64,000 nt of DNA. Origin: an uncultured Acidobacteriota bacterium (GTDB lineage: Bacteria; Acidobacteriota; UBA6911). Each line of letters opens with the position of its first letter. The stretch's first letter is position 1. The position numbers were made by a program, and so were the translations under genes. The notes beneath the pieces were generated by a model. The model ran no database searches. It was given only the letters and a program-made list of their open reading frames with translations, and was not told where the DNA came from. Below are positions 9,948-22,493 of the stretch, one piece after another. Where the stretch lies: positions 384,001-448,000 of the forward strand of contig CAWHCF010000049.1 of NCBI GenBank assembly GCA_963827655.1. The letters are read 5' to 3'.

Positions 9948-10781
9948 ATGAGGCCGACTACCTTCACACTCGCCCTGATCGTGATCTTCGGTACGGCCTG
10001 CAGCCGCGCGCCTTCCGATAATCCTGAGGGAGAGCGGCGAGCCAACCCTGGCGTGCATGACGCCCTGAAAGCGAAAAACCCGGGCTACAGCGGCCAGGGG
10101 CAATTCGAGCCACGAGCCGGCGGGTTTGCAGCCACGTTGCGTGAGAGCGGGATCAGCGATCTCAGTCCCTTGAAAGAAATGCCCCTGAGAGAACTCGATC
10201 TCCAGAATAATCCCGTCACTGACTTGAGCCCGCTGCAGGGGTTGCCGCTGGAAGCGCTTTACCTCGAGGGAACTCAGGTCAGCGATCTTCGACCGCTCAA
10301 AGGCATGTCGCTGCGCGTTCTCTATCTCAGTGGAACCAAGGTGAGCGACCTTTCGCCCCTCAGAGGTGTGCCTCTGCGCGAACTCAATCTGCTGGGCACG
10401 CAGGTCACGGATCTCGCGCCTCTCTACGGCGCGCCGCTGGAGATCGCGTGGCTCAACGAAACACCGGTGCGCGATCTGACCCCGCTCGAAGCTTCGCCAC
10501 TCGTCAGCCTGACAATCCACCGGACACGCGTCGAGAATCTCAGCCCGATTCGCAAGTTGAAAACCCTCCAGCGGCTCCATCTGGCTGAGACCCCGGTCAG
10601 TGATCTGACGCCGCTTGAAGGCATGGAACTGGTTCGATTGATTTTTTCGCCCGGGCGCATTCGGAAGGGGATCGGGGTAGCGAGGAAGATGAGTTCGATC
10701 CGCGAAATCGGCACCGACCTTGAGGGACGACTCTCACCCGCTGTATTCTGGGAGATGTACGATAAGGGGGAATTCAAGTAA
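9948..10781 (+). CDS. Leucine-rich-repeat lipoprotein
   Basis: Signal peptide with lipobox GTAC; about 8 tandem 21-aa repeats LxxLxLxxTxVxDLxPLxGxP. Confidence 0.88.
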   Translation: MRPTTFTLALIVIFGTACSRAPSDNPEGERRANPGVHDALKAKNPGYSGQGQFEPRAGGFAATLRESGISDLSPLKEMPLRELDLQNNPVTDLSPLQGLPLEALYLEGTQVSDLRPLKGMSLRVLYLSGTKVSDLSPLRGVPLRELNLLGTQVTDLAPLYGAPLEIAWLNETPVRDLTPLEASPLVSLTIHRTRVENLSPIRKLKTLQRLHLAETPVSDLTPLEGMELVRLIFSPGRIRKGIGVARKMSSIREIGTDLEGRLSPAVFWEMYDKGEFK

Positions 10782-10852
10782 GCGTCTTCGTGTCTCAGCG
10801 GTTAGTACTGAAAAACCAAAGCCACCGCCAAGACACGAGGACACAAAGAAGC

Positions 10853-12160
<1,308 letters not shown>

Positions 12161-12311
12161 CGAGTTACCTTTCGGGTTTTGACCAGCGAGCTTAAGATGA
12201 CATTTTGTCATTATACAGAAGAAACTTGGCGCCGCGAAACAAATACCACGACGAAACAAAGACACGAAGAAACGCTAAGCGACCGATTCTAATCGTGATG
12301 CGCGGGTACGA

Positions 12312-12341
12312 TTGACAAAACGTGAAAGCGATGCCATTAAT
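12312..12341 (+). promoter_or_regulatory. Putative sigma70 promoter upstream of riboswitch
   Basis: TTGACA at 12312 with AT-rich CATTAAT 17-18 nt downstream; -10 match is imperfect. Confidence 0.4.
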
Positions 12342-12353
12342 AATTCGTTTTTA

Positions 12354-12510
12354 GTCGCCTAAGTTGTCCTCCCTTCCTGGGGGTCAACGCGGGGGAACCA
12401 GATCCTCGAAGTAATTCGAGGCGGGGCTTATGATCGCATGTGAGTGCGACCACGGCAACTTCCAATGCCGAGCCCGTCAGCTAACCTCGCCGGCATTTGG
12501 AAGGGCGATC
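12354..12510 (+). ncRNA. c-di-AMP (ydaO/yuaA) riboswitch
   Basis: Conserved blocks in correct order: TCGCCTAA, GCGGGGGAACCA, GGGGCTTAT, CCGAGCCCGTCAGCTAACCTCG; pairings TCGCC/GGCGA, CTTCCAA/TTGGAAG, CCTCGAA/TTCGAGG. Confidence 0.85.
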
Positions 12511-12611
12511 CTCTAGGGTTGAATTCCCAATACCCAAGATCTCCCCAGAAAAACGGCATTGAGCGGTGGAAGCCGCTTGCATCGGGATGCGATTCCCTGG
12601 GAGAGGTGCGT

Positions 12612-14599
12612 ATGTCTGGCGGAGCAACAATACTTTTGACAGTCGTGTTCGCAGGGTTAGCGCTTTTTGTCGGCGCCCTGGTGGTTCTGTTTTCGATTCG
12701 CAGGATTGGTCCTACTGAGGTGGGGTTGGTCACGAAGAGATTTTCGGGAAAGAAGCTCGCCAATGACAATCCGATCGCTTTCGCTGGCGAGGCCGGCTAC
12801 CAGGCCGCGTTGTTAATGCCTGGATTGAGATGGAAACCATGGCCGTTGTACAAAGTTGAAAAGTTCACCTGGATCCAGGTGCCGGCCGGTGAAATCGGCG
12901 TGGTCATCGCGCAGGTGGGCCAGCCTTTGCCTATAGGCGCCAAATCCGCCCTGTATAAGGCCGAGTTCGGCACCTTCGCCGATCTCGAGAGCTTCATCGT
13001 TAACGGCGGGCAGAAGGGCGTGCAACGGCCCGTGCTTTCCCTGGGACGTTGGTCCCGATTCATCCCGTAGGTTTCCTTGTCATTACCAAGAGCAAGGTGT
13101 ACGGGCTGCCGGTTTCGCCCGAATTGAAGCGGAGCGCCAGGCTCACTGCGGAATCCTTCGGGCTAAAGCCGGAGCAGCTGGATCTCATGAGGATCTCGCC
13201 CCAGCCAAGAGGAGGGCAACACGGAGTGATTGACACGATCGGCATCGTCACTGTCTTTGAAGGCGACCCTTTGCCTTCCGGCGACATTGCAAGTCGTCTG
13301 GGTGGTTTCACCGATGTGGAGCAGATGGAACAATCCGGAGTCGAAGACGCTCAGATCATCGAGAGACTCCTGGGAAACAAGAACCACCTGCACAATAACT
13401 ACCAGGATTTTCAGGCGTTCCTGGACAATGGCGGAAAGATCGGTCTGCAGCATGATCCGCTGATGTACGGCGCCTACGCCTTGAATCCGTTTCTGGTGAG
13501 CGTTGAACTTGTCCCAATGCTGGTTGTGAAGCAAGGAGAGGTGGCGGTGATCAAAGCTTATGTCGGCCTGGTTACCCAGGATACATCTGGCGCTGAATTC
13601 AAATTCGGCTCACTGGTAAGGCCGGGTCATCGAGGGATATGGCAAGAGGCGCTGCGGACCGGCAAATACCCGATCAATCCGCGCTGCTACGAAGCAGAAA
13701 TCGTTCCGACGGCGATCTTGACCCTCAATTGGGCAGACGCCGTTTCCCAGGCCCACAACCTGGATGCCCAGCTGAAGCAGATCCGGGCCAAGAGCGGCGA
13801 GGGCTTTGTGTTCGATATCGACCTCCAGGTGCAAATCCATGTTCCGGATACCAAGGCCCCTAGAGTCATCACCATGGTTGGTACCATGAGGAATCTTGTC
13901 AATGAGGTTTTGCAGGCGGCAGTGGGAAACCATTTCAGAGACAAGCTCCAGAGCATGCCCGCGATCAAGTTCATCGAGATGCGGCAGCAAGTCCAGGTGG
14001 ATGCCTTCAACCACATCAAAACGGAGCTGGAGCAATATCAGGTCGAGACGCGCGGCGTCTACATTCAGGATGTCATTCTGCCTCAGGATCTGGTCAAGGT
14101 TCTGACCGAACGCGAGATCGCGAATCAGGAGATCCAGACCTTCAGGAGGCAGAAGGAGGCTCAGGACCAGAGAATCGACATGGAGCGCGCCACCGGGATC
14201 GCAGACATGCAGGCTCAATTAGCCAAGTCGACGGTCGGCGTCGAGATCGAAAAGAATAATGCCAACGCAAGAAAAGCGCAGGCCGATGGCGAGTCGGCGT
14301 ATATTCGTGAAACCGGCGCCGCCAAAGGGGCCGAGGTTGAGGCTATCGGACTGGCCCGCGCCAAGGGTTACGAGTCCCAGGTGAAGGCTCTGGGCCCTGG
14401 CTCGACGACGATTGTAAACGCCCTGAATGCCCTGGCCGAGAGCAGGGTCCGGTTCGTTCCCGATGTCCTGGTTTCGGGGGGCAGCAGCGTGACGGCTATT
14501 GACGCGCTCGCCGGTGTCCTCACGAAATACGTCAATGGGCATAACGGGCAGACTGTACCTGGCAACTCGTCCGATTGCGGAAAAAGCATCGCGACTTAG
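12612..14599 (+). CDS. SPFH/band-7 (flotillin-like) membrane protein; frameshift at ~13040
   Basis: N-terminal TM helix, GEIGVVIAQVG, GQKGVQRPVL, continuing in ORF 13049..14599 (GHRGIW..LRTGKYPINP, SPFH core, coiled coil). One extra C in TTTCCCTGGG restores RPVLSPGTLVPIHP. Confidence 0.85.
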
Positions 14600-14705
14600 G
14601 CGGCGAGTGCGGCCCAGGATTCCCGGTGTTTCCTCATGGCTTCGCGTCTTAGTGGTTCGAGCTGCAGAGCAAAGACCACAAGACGCGAAGAACAAGTTTC
14701 AGTGG

Positions 14706-17700
14706 TTAGAAGCTCAGCCGGAAACCAATCTGAATTCTTCGAGGATCGAACGCGGAGGTGTACCCCAGCGCGACGCTCGGGCCCACGTCCTTTCTGGCCT
14801 TGACCCTGTACGGCGGGGCGAAGCTTGGGCCCACGGTGTTGTTTACGCTGGCGAAGTTCAGGCGATTGAAAAGATTGAAGGCCTCGAAGATTAACTCCAG
14901 ATTTCGACTCTCTGACCCAAGACCGATCCGGCGACCCAGGCGCAAGTCGAGTGTCCAGAAATTCGGGCCTATGCCGGTATTGCGCCCGGCAAAGACAGGA
15001 CGGTCGGTGGTTGAATGGCGATCGCCGTTGAGCTCGCCTCCGACCAGCAGATTGAAGGGCCGCGTGCTGTTGGCGCGGAAGATCGGAGTCAGGACAAAGT
15101 CTGCGAGGACATTTGAGAGCGCCGAGTTGCCGGATCCCGACCGATACGGACTCTGAAGAAAGGCATAAATGACGAACTTGTGCCTCTGGTCGAACGCGGA
15201 AAGGGCGCGCTCGAGCCGCACGTTAGTCTGGTCATTAGGCTGGAAATCGCTGTTGTAGTCGGTCACTTCATCAATAGCCTTGCTGAAAGTGTAGCTTCCC
15301 GACAGGCTGACATTACCGTGGAAGCGTTTGCTGATCTCCACGATCATGCCGTGGTAAAAAGCCCTGGCCGAAGATTCGTAGACATTCTCCTGAAACAGCA
15401 GCGGGTCTCGAAAGCAAGCGGTGATCCCGGCACCCGCGCACCCGGATGCAGCCGTCCAGTCCGAGAATTCCAAGGGGCCCTACCGGGCGTGGAAGGACGT
15501 TGATATCCCGGGCGCGCGTAATCTTGAGGGTACTGCGCGAAGATGTAGTTAGCCGCCGTGCTGAAGCCCGACGCGAACTCGTGTTCGATACCAAGGCTGG
15601 CCTGTTGCGAATACGCGTTCCGATAGTTCGGGTCGGGCCGGAAGAGCACGGTAAGCGGCGGCCGGGGTCCGGTCTGCGAGACGATGATCCCGAACTGAGC
15701 AAGGTCTGCAGGTGTGATCGTCCGGGTGGTTTGCGGGACGCCAATCACCCCCTGGGCCCGCAGCGTCTGGAATATATTGATGGGGCCGTTCACTGCCAGG
15801 GGATTTGCGGCATTGAGCGTGGTCAAGACCTGCGCAATCTGACGGAAGCCGTCGATTTCGTTCAGGGCATCCACTACATAGTCGATCTGATAGTAGATGG
15901 GAGAGTAAAAGATGCCGTAACCGCCGCGGATAACCGTTCGCTTGTTGTTCCACGGGTCCCACGCGAATCCGAACCGGGGTGCGAAGTTGTTCTTATCTGT
16001 GGGAAGCGGGTCGCGGCGATCGTCCAGTTCGTAACGCAGGCCGTAGTTGAGCGTCAGGTTGGAGCGCAAGTTCCAGCTGTCCTGTGCGTAAAAGGCGACG
16101 AAAGGGTCGGTGCTTGCAATCGTCGGGTCACCGAATCCGGTCTGGTAGGACTGGGGCAGGCCGAGATCGAATGCCTGGAGAGCAGTGATGGGGGCGGCCC
16201 CGAGAGCCGGGCTGACGAGAGCGCCCGGCAGGGTCCCGAATCCGAATCGGCCGCCGAAGAATGTGTGGGACTCGAATTCTCCCCCGCGGATAAGGACGAC
16301 GGCACCCAATTTAAATCGATGCTTCCCGCGCGAAAGGATCAGGTTGTCTGCTGCTTCGTACCGTCGCTCGGTATTGAAGGATGGCAGAAAAATATCCCGG
16401 TTGAAGAAACCGAAGCCGGTAATGTTGAACTCCGGGCCGTTGGGCTCGTTCGGCCGCACATTGTACTTCCGGTAATTCCATTGAAAACGCGCTTCGTTCA
16501 CCAGGCTCGGACTGAAGATACGGGTCCAGCCCGCGACCGCGTTACTGTCGAGCCCATGAACGTTGTTCGACCGCGAAAAGCCCAGCAGCGCCCGCGTGCT
16601 CTGGTTCCCCTCGTCGGTGTTGGAGTAGTTGTAGCGCAGGAACAGCTGGTCACTGGTGCTGGCGCTGTGGTCGATTCGCACCGAGAAGGCTTTCGAGTTT
16701 GTGGTGAAAGGAAAAACGCCGCTGTTGGCCCGGAACAGGTCGACGGTGCTTTGCTTGCTGGTCAAAGCCCCGCGTAACACTGTCGCGCAGACCGCGGGTG
16801 GCAGCATCGCAGCAGCCGGCACCGCCGGCAGGCACGCGATCGGAGCGGTGCTGGTATTGGAAGCCAGGGCACTCAGGATTGCGGTTTGAGCCGTCGTGGG
16901 CTGAAAGATCGGAAAGGTCGGTCAGAACCGGCACGGCCGATGATTCGTCGCGATTGAGTCCCTCGAAACCTCCAAAGAAAAAAGTTCGATCCTTCCGCAC
17001 GGGGAAGCTCAGGGTCCCGCCGTACTGCTGCCGTTGGGAAGGTGGCTTGATGCGCTGCGGCGTGGTTCCGACCAGCTCGATGGCAAAGGGATCCCCCGCA
17101 TCCAGCTTGTCGTGGCGGAAGAAACCAAAGGCGCGGCCGTGAAAGTTATTGCTGCCTGACTTGGAGACGATATTGATCACGCCACCACTGGCCCCGCCAA
17201 ATTCTGCCGCGTAGTTGCTCCGGTTTATCTGGAACTCCTGCACCGCCTCCTGGCTGAGCGTTGAACGCACGCCGCCGCCCGCGTCGTTTGCCTCCGCTCC
17301 GTCCACGGTTACGCTGTTTCCGCGCCCGTTGCTGCCGTAAAACGAGAGGCCGCTTTGCGCGGCTCTGCGTCACACGAAAGTCGGTATTGTCGGCCAGAGC
17401 GTTGGAATCGACCACTCCAGGCGCCAGGAGGGTAAAGCTCAGGTAGTCGCGGCGATCGATCGGAAGATTGCGAATGTAGTTTTCTTCGATCGTGTTGGAT
17501 TGTGTGGCGCGCTCGGTCTCAATTGCCGGTGGTTCCCCTGAGACGGTGATGGTCTGGGCCGATGTGCCGACCTGAAGGCGAAAGTCGATGGCAAGAGTCT
17601 GGCCCACGGTGACGTGAGCGCTGCGTACTTGAGCGGCAAAGCCGCTCAACTCGACTCGGACTTCGTAAGCGCCGGGAGGGAGGAGGAGGATGCGGTATTC

Positions 17701-17899
17701 GCCCCGTTCATCTGTGATAGCGGTACGCGAGAAACCCGTATCGGTGTTTGTAACCGTGACGGTTGCTCCGGGCACGACCGCCGCCCGAAGCATCGGTGGT
17801 GGTTCCCTTGATTTCTCCTGAGGAGGCGTTGGACTGTGGCAGCGCATGCAGGCAACAGAAGAGAACGGCGACGAATGCGAGCAAGATTGTCTTCCACAT
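14706..17899 (-). CDS. TonB-dependent receptor with carboxypeptidase-regulatory-like N-domain; at least 5 frameshifts (assembly error or pseudogene)
   Basis: Consecutive fragments: signal + GEIKGTTTDASG, VPGATVTV, LPIDRRDY, VQEFQINRSNYAAEFG, YAQDSW..LTLNYGLRYE, DKNNFAPRFGFAW, EAFNLFNR, PRRIQIGFRLSF. Shifts near 17785, 17355, 16910, 15535 and 15465. Confidence 0.85.
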
Positions 17900-18118
17900 A
17901 TTTTTCTCCTTGGAGGGGAAGGGTGTATGCATCCCGTTTACAAGCAGGCCCTTTAATGTCCTCATTCTCCCCTAAATAGCCGCGTCCAGCAAGTGTCTCC
18001 AGATTCCTGGTGCTTCCTCCTGTCTTCGCGGCCTGGCGGTATTTGTGTCGACGACTCTAATAAACGCATACGTAGAACACTCTTGTTCCGGAATATACTA
18101 TGGGCGCGCTCGACAACT

Positions 18119-19336
18119 ATGCCCGATCCTTCTCTCATTCACCGGCAGTCGTTCTTCGGCTTTGCCTCGCTGCGGCTGCTGGGAGCTTCTTCTGCAGCGG
18201 CCTCGAACCTGAAAATCGAGGGGATGGAAGTCTTCGTGGTCGATGTCAGTCCCAAAGGCAACTGGATTTTCGTTCGCCTCAAGACGAACCGGCATCTGAC
18301 CGGATTGGGGGAGGCTTCGCACGGGTTTGGCGCCAGCCACACACATGCTGCCGACGCCGAGCGCATGACAGGCGCGCTCAAAGAGTTTTTTGAGCTGATT
18401 CGAGAGCAGAGTCCATTCGAACTTGAAGAGTATCGGCGTCGCGCCAGGACCCGGGCGAAATCCGGCGGCCTCATGCTGGCGACGGCATTCAGCGCACTGG
18501 AACAGGCTCAGTGGGATCTGGTGGGAAAAGCGCTGGGCGTTCCGGTGAACAGGTTGTTCGGCGGCGAGGCGCGTAGCGAGCTTCCGCTCTACGCGAACAT
18601 CAACCGCGCCACGATCGAACGGTCGCCGGCAGCATTCGCCGCGAATGCCGCCAAGGCGGCGGAGCAAGGATTTCGCGCGATCAAGGCGGCGCCTTTCGAC
18701 GGGTTCCCGCCCTTGACGGCTCCACGAGAGCTGATCGCAAGAGCTGTGGACGACGGCATCGCGAGCGTCGCCGCGATGCGCCGGGCTATCGGTCCGGAGG
18801 TGGATTTGATGATCGACTGTCACAGCAAGTTCGACGTCGACCTATCGATCGAGATCGCGCGCCGTCTGGCGCCGCATGATCTTGCGTGGTATGAGGAGCC
18901 GGTAGCTCCGGAACAGACCGAGGAGACAAAGATCATCCGTTCATCGATCAAACAGCGCATGGCAGGCGGCGAACTACTCTTCGGCGTCGAGGGATTCGCT
19001 CCATTGTGTCGCGATCATGGATTGGACGTCATCATGCCTGACGTCAAGCATTGCGGGGGAATCCTGGAAGGACAGGAGATTGCCGCGCTGGCCCAACTCG
19101 AGAATCTCGAGGTTTCACCCCACAACCCGAGCGGTCCCGTGGCCACTGCGGCCAGCGTCCAGTGGTGCGCAGGGATGCCAAACTTCACTCTTCTCGAGTA
19201 CCAGTGGAATGAGGTTCCGTGGCGCAGTGACCTCATCACGCCTCCCGAGCGCTTCCACCACGGCCGCATTCGCGTGCCCGCCGAACCGGGGTTCGGCATC
19301 GAGTTGAACGATAGGGTAGTGCAGGCGCATAGCTGA
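18119..19336 (+). CDS. Mandelate racemase/muconate lactonizing enzyme family (galactonate dehydratase-like)
   Basis: GLGEA, AQWDLVGKALGVPV, LMIDCH, WYEEP, GGE, PDVKHCGG, PHNPSGP, PGFGIEL. Confidence 0.9.
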   Translation: MPDPSLIHRQSFFGFASLRLLGASSAAASNLKIEGMEVFVVDVSPKGNWIFVRLKTNRHLTGLGEASHGFGASHTHAADAERMTGALKEFFELIREQSPFELEEYRRRARTRAKSGGLMLATAFSALEQAQWDLVGKALGVPVNRLFGGEARSELPLYANINRATIERSPAAFAANAAKAAEQGFRAIKAAPFDGFPPLTAPRELIARAVDDGIASVAAMRRAIGPEVDLMIDCHSKFDVDLSIEIARRLAPHDLAWYEEPVAPEQTEETKIIRSSIKQRMAGGELLFGVEGFAPLCRDHGLDVIMPDVKHCGGILEGQEIAALAQLENLEVSPHNPSGPVATAASVQWCAGMPNFTLLEYQWNEVPWRSDLITPPERFHHGRIRVPAEPGFGIELNDRVVQAHS

Positions 19337-19705
19337 AGCCTTTCAACTGCATCACGAACACGCTTGCGGATACGAATCGTGTCATCGTCGTCGGCGTGCG
19401 ATTTAACTTTTGAAATTCCCATCACGACGTGAAGAAACCCCAGGAATAGCACCTCAAAACTTCTCTTTTCCCATGAATTAGTGAAACGAAACCGGGTGGT
19501 CGATCATAGAAGTATGTGGATACCGTGGGATTTGCCAATGGGAACGTTCTCTTTGAGCGGAAAGTAATTTGAACCGAATACGCGGTTTCGACGTCGATTG
19601 CAATTGAACTTCCCCTGATTTCGATGGCGGGTTTTTGCTGCGTTTCTCGCTTAATAATATGCGGTGAGGTTTTCTTTGGAGATCTGCTTCTTGAAAGGTA
19701 CGACC

Positions 19706-20920
19706 ATGCGGTCGAGGGTTTTAATACCGGCTTTTTGTTTAATATTGTTGGTGGTTTCGGGCGCAAGTGCTCAGACTTCAGATGATTTCTTCAGCCCTAA
19801 TGAACTACATGAGATTCGCCTCTACATCCATCCGGTCGATTGGGCTAAGCTGCGCGCAAATTACCTGGACAACACCTACTACGACTGCACCTTTGTGTGG
19901 CGCTCCGGGCAGTACGAAGTCGCCTCCGAGTACATCCAGGTTCGCTCGCGCGGTCTGGGGAGCCGCAGCCCAGACAAACCAGGTCTTCGACTGGATTTCG
20001 ACCCTTTCAGCGATAGACCCCAGAGGTTCTTGGGACTCAAGTCTTGCGTCCTGGACAACCTGGTCCAGGACCCTTCCATGCTCAGAGAACGGTTGAGCAT
20101 GCAACTCTTTGAACGGCTGGGACTACCCATCTCCCGCGAAGCCAATGCCCGCCTCTACGTCAACGATCAGTACCTTGGGCTTTACACAATTGTGGAATCC
20201 GTGGATAAGGATTTCCTCAAACGCAACTTCGGCGAAAATGACGGTTATCTTTACGAGTACCAGTGGGTGTATCCCTACTACTTCACCTGGCTGGGCGACG
20301 ATCTCTCGCGTTATCAAGAGCTGTTCGACCCCAAGACCCATGAAAAGGATTCCAAGGCGGCGCTCTACGGTCCGATCGAAGCCATGATTCGCGCCATAAA
20401 TCAGTCCGGCCAGGAAAACCTCGAGAACTCCATGGCCGGATACCTCGATCTGAGGATGTTCGTAACCCTTGCCGCCGTCGAGAGCTTCCTCGCGGAGGCC
20501 GATGGCATCCTGGGCTATGCCGGGATGAACAACTTTTATTTGTACCGTTTTGAAGGCAAGGATCTGTTCCAGTTCATTCCCTGGGATATGGACAACTCAA
20601 TCAGGTCGATTAACAGTTCGATCTGGGACCGGGTCAACGAAAATGAGTTAATGCGCCAGGCGCTGGAGATTCCCGAACTGCGCAGCCTGTTCCTGGAAAC
20701 ATTGTTGACCTGCGCGGATGTGGCAGGCGGACCCGAGGGATGGCTCGAAGGCGAAATCGAGCGCGAGTACCAGCAGATCCGCGACGCCGCACTCGCCGAC
20801 CCCCACAAGCCCTATTCGAACGACGACTTCGAGAATGAGGTGAATTTCCTGAGGCAGTTTGCCCGCGAGCGCAGCGCAAACGTCTGGAGCGAAGTTGTGG
20901 CGAACCTTCCACAACCCTAG
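19706..20920 (+). CDS. CotH kinase family protein, secreted
   Basis: Signal peptide; RSRGLGSR, KPGLRLDF, DPSMLRERL, YLGLYTIVE, NNFYLY, IPWDMDNS. Confidence 0.88.
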   Translation: MRSRVLIPAFCLILLVVSGASAQTSDDFFSPNELHEIRLYIHPVDWAKLRANYLDNTYYDCTFVWRSGQYEVASEYIQVRSRGLGSRSPDKPGLRLDFDPFSDRPQRFLGLKSCVLDNLVQDPSMLRERLSMQLFERLGLPISREANARLYVNDQYLGLYTIVESVDKDFLKRNFGENDGYLYEYQWVYPYYFTWLGDDLSRYQELFDPKTHEKDSKAALYGPIEAMIRAINQSGQENLENSMAGYLDLRMFVTLAAVESFLAEADGILGYAGMNNFYLYRFEGKDLFQFIPWDMDNSIRSINSSIWDRVNENELMRQALEIPELRSLFLETLLTCADVAGGPEGWLEGEIEREYQQIRDAALADPHKPYSNDDFENEVNFLRQFARERSANVWSEVVANLPQP

Positions 20921-20950
20921 CTTTTCTTCGCGTCTTAGCGGTGACTTCGA

Positions 20951-21754
20951 ATGAGTTCGAGATCAGCCATATCGGGGCGGTACGTGTATTCAAGGAGGCG
21001 GCTGCGCGATGTGCTGCACAGGCAGGAAACGCGGCGGGGCCTGCTGATTGCCTTCGAGGGACCGGATGGCGCGGGCAAGACGACCCAGCGAAAACTTTTC
21101 AAAGAGTGGCTGAAGAGCGAGGGTCACGAGGTCGTTACAACCAAGTGGAAATCGTCGCCTGTGATCAAGCCACTTCTCACGGCGCGGAAGGCTGCGCGCG
21201 CTCTCAATCCCGAAGAGTTCTGCTTGCTTCACGCCGCCGACTTTCGGCACCGGCTGGAAAACGTGATTCTGCCGGCGTTGTGGCAAGGGAAGATGGTGGT
21301 GGCGGACCGGTACTTGTTCACAGGTCTGGCGCGCGACGGGGCGCGGGGTTTGACACTGGACTGGATGATGTCTGTCTATGGTCCGTTGCTGTGGCCGGAC
21401 GTGGTCTTCTACTTCTCGGTCTCTCCGGAGACCTCGGGCCGCCGCGTCACCGCGAGTCGCACACCAAAGTTCTACGAGGCAGGCCAGGACATCACCGATA
21501 TCGAGGATCCGCTCGAAAGCTTCAGGCAGTTTACCGGACGTGTGATTGAAGAATACGAAGCGCTGGCGCTGATCTTCCGATTCGTTAAGGTGGACGCCGA
21601 GCAGTCGATTCATGAACAGCATCGATTGATTCGTCAAGTATTCCAGGAGGGGCAGCGGCGTCCCTGGGCCGAATGGAATGTGGATGCGGTGCTGGACTGG
21701 CTGGCGAGTAAACCCGTGATGGACCTTGGAATGGAGATCCCAATTGGGGCGTGA
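20951..21754 (+). CDS. tmk: Thymidylate kinase-like protein (start may be GTG at 21011)
   Basis: IAFEGPDGAGKTTQ P-loop, ADFRHR, VADRY, PDVVFY. Confidence 0.8.
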   Translation: MSSRSAISGRYVYSRRRLRDVLHRQETRRGLLIAFEGPDGAGKTTQRKLFKEWLKSEGHEVVTTKWKSSPVIKPLLTARKAARALNPEEFCLLHAADFRHRLENVILPALWQGKMVVADRYLFTGLARDGARGLTLDWMMSVYGPLLWPDVVFYFSVSPETSGRRVTASRTPKFYEAGQDITDIEDPLESFRQFTGRVIEEYEALALIFRFVKVDAEQSIHEQHRLIRQVFQEGQRRPWAEWNVDAVLDWLASKPVMDLGMEIPIGA

Positions 21755-22376
21755 CTCTATACCAAAAGGGCAACTGATTGCCGTTGAAGGCGGGCAGGGG
21801 CGCTACGTTGGCGCTGCGGCCCGGTTCTTGCTGCGCTATTCAAAAGTAGAAGCGGGAATCAGCGCATGGGATGCCTCCAGCATCTTCTATGAAATGCGAT
21901 GCGGCAATCCCGGCGATTCCGGTCTGTCGCCAAGGGTGCTGGTACTGCTTTATGCTGCGGATCTGGCGTTCAGACTTCGATGGGACATTCGCCCCGCGCT
22001 CGAGGAAGGGCGCTGCGTGATCGCGGCGCCTTACGTCGAAACCGCCATCGCTTTCGGCCGGGCCGCCGGCCTGCCGCATCGCTGGCTGGTTCAGTTGTTC
22101 CGATTCGCGATCAAACCTCACGCCTGCTACCGCATCGGTGGACGGTCTGAATCACCGCTGGACGAACCCGCCGCCGGTTATCTGGAGTTTTGCTGCTCGA
22201 CGCTGAGCGCTGGCTCTCCCTCTTGGAATTCGGCAGAACTACTCCGGAGATTTGGAAACTACCTTGACCGACTGGAGCGGCGAAGCGCGCGCACGACGAT
22301 GGTCGTGCAGCCGTTGCCTCCGGCGGATCGATCACCCGGTTTTGCCCGCCACGATCTTCGCAGCACTGCCCGATAA
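21726..22376 (+). CDS. Thymidylate kinase-like paralog with degenerate P-loop
   Basis: LIAVEGGQG (no GKT), LLYAADLAFRL..DIRPALEEG..VIAAPY aligns with the upstream protein with DRY replaced by APY. Confidence 0.7.
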   Translation: MEWRSQLGRDSIPKGQLIAVEGGQGRYVGAAARFLLRYSKVEAGISAWDASSIFYEMRCGNPGDSGLSPRVLVLLYAADLAFRLRWDIRPALEEGRCVIAAPYVETAIAFGRAAGLPHRWLVQLFRFAIKPHACYRIGGRSESPLDEPAAGYLEFCCSTLSAGSPSWNSAELLRRFGNYLDRLERRSARTTMVVQPLPPADRSPGFARHDLRSTAR

Positions 22377-22426
22377 AAATTCTTCCGCCTTCCCCTTCAG
22401 CCTGCTCCGAACCTTAGTCGGCTGGT

Positions 22427-22493
22427 GTTTCTTCGTGTCTTTGTGTCTTTGTGGTTACTTTCCCCTCAGCACTTTTTACTTTTCACTCTCCAC
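22427..22493 (-). repeat. Family C repeat joined to a heptad AAAGT(A/G)-type repeat
   Basis: TTTCTTCGTGTCTTTGTGTCTTTGTGGTT followed by the reverse complement of GAGAGTGAAAAGTAAAAAGTGCTGAGGGGAAAGTA, which matches 35497-35554. Confidence 0.7.

Noticed and set aside
10140-10630. CRISPR-like periodicity
   Set aside because: The 63-nt period is coding LRR sequence; no identical repeats with unique spacers were seen here or elsewhere in the window.
13030-13060. Programmed frameshift in the SPFH gene
   Set aside because: No clear slippery heptamer with a stimulatory structure; a one-base loss in a C-run fits the window-wide indel pattern.
15446-16777. Long antisense ORFs (also 27075-28310, 33639-34736, 35473-36657, 60762-62012)
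   Set aside because: Shadow frames opposite well-supported genes in GC-rich DNA, with no recognisable motifs.
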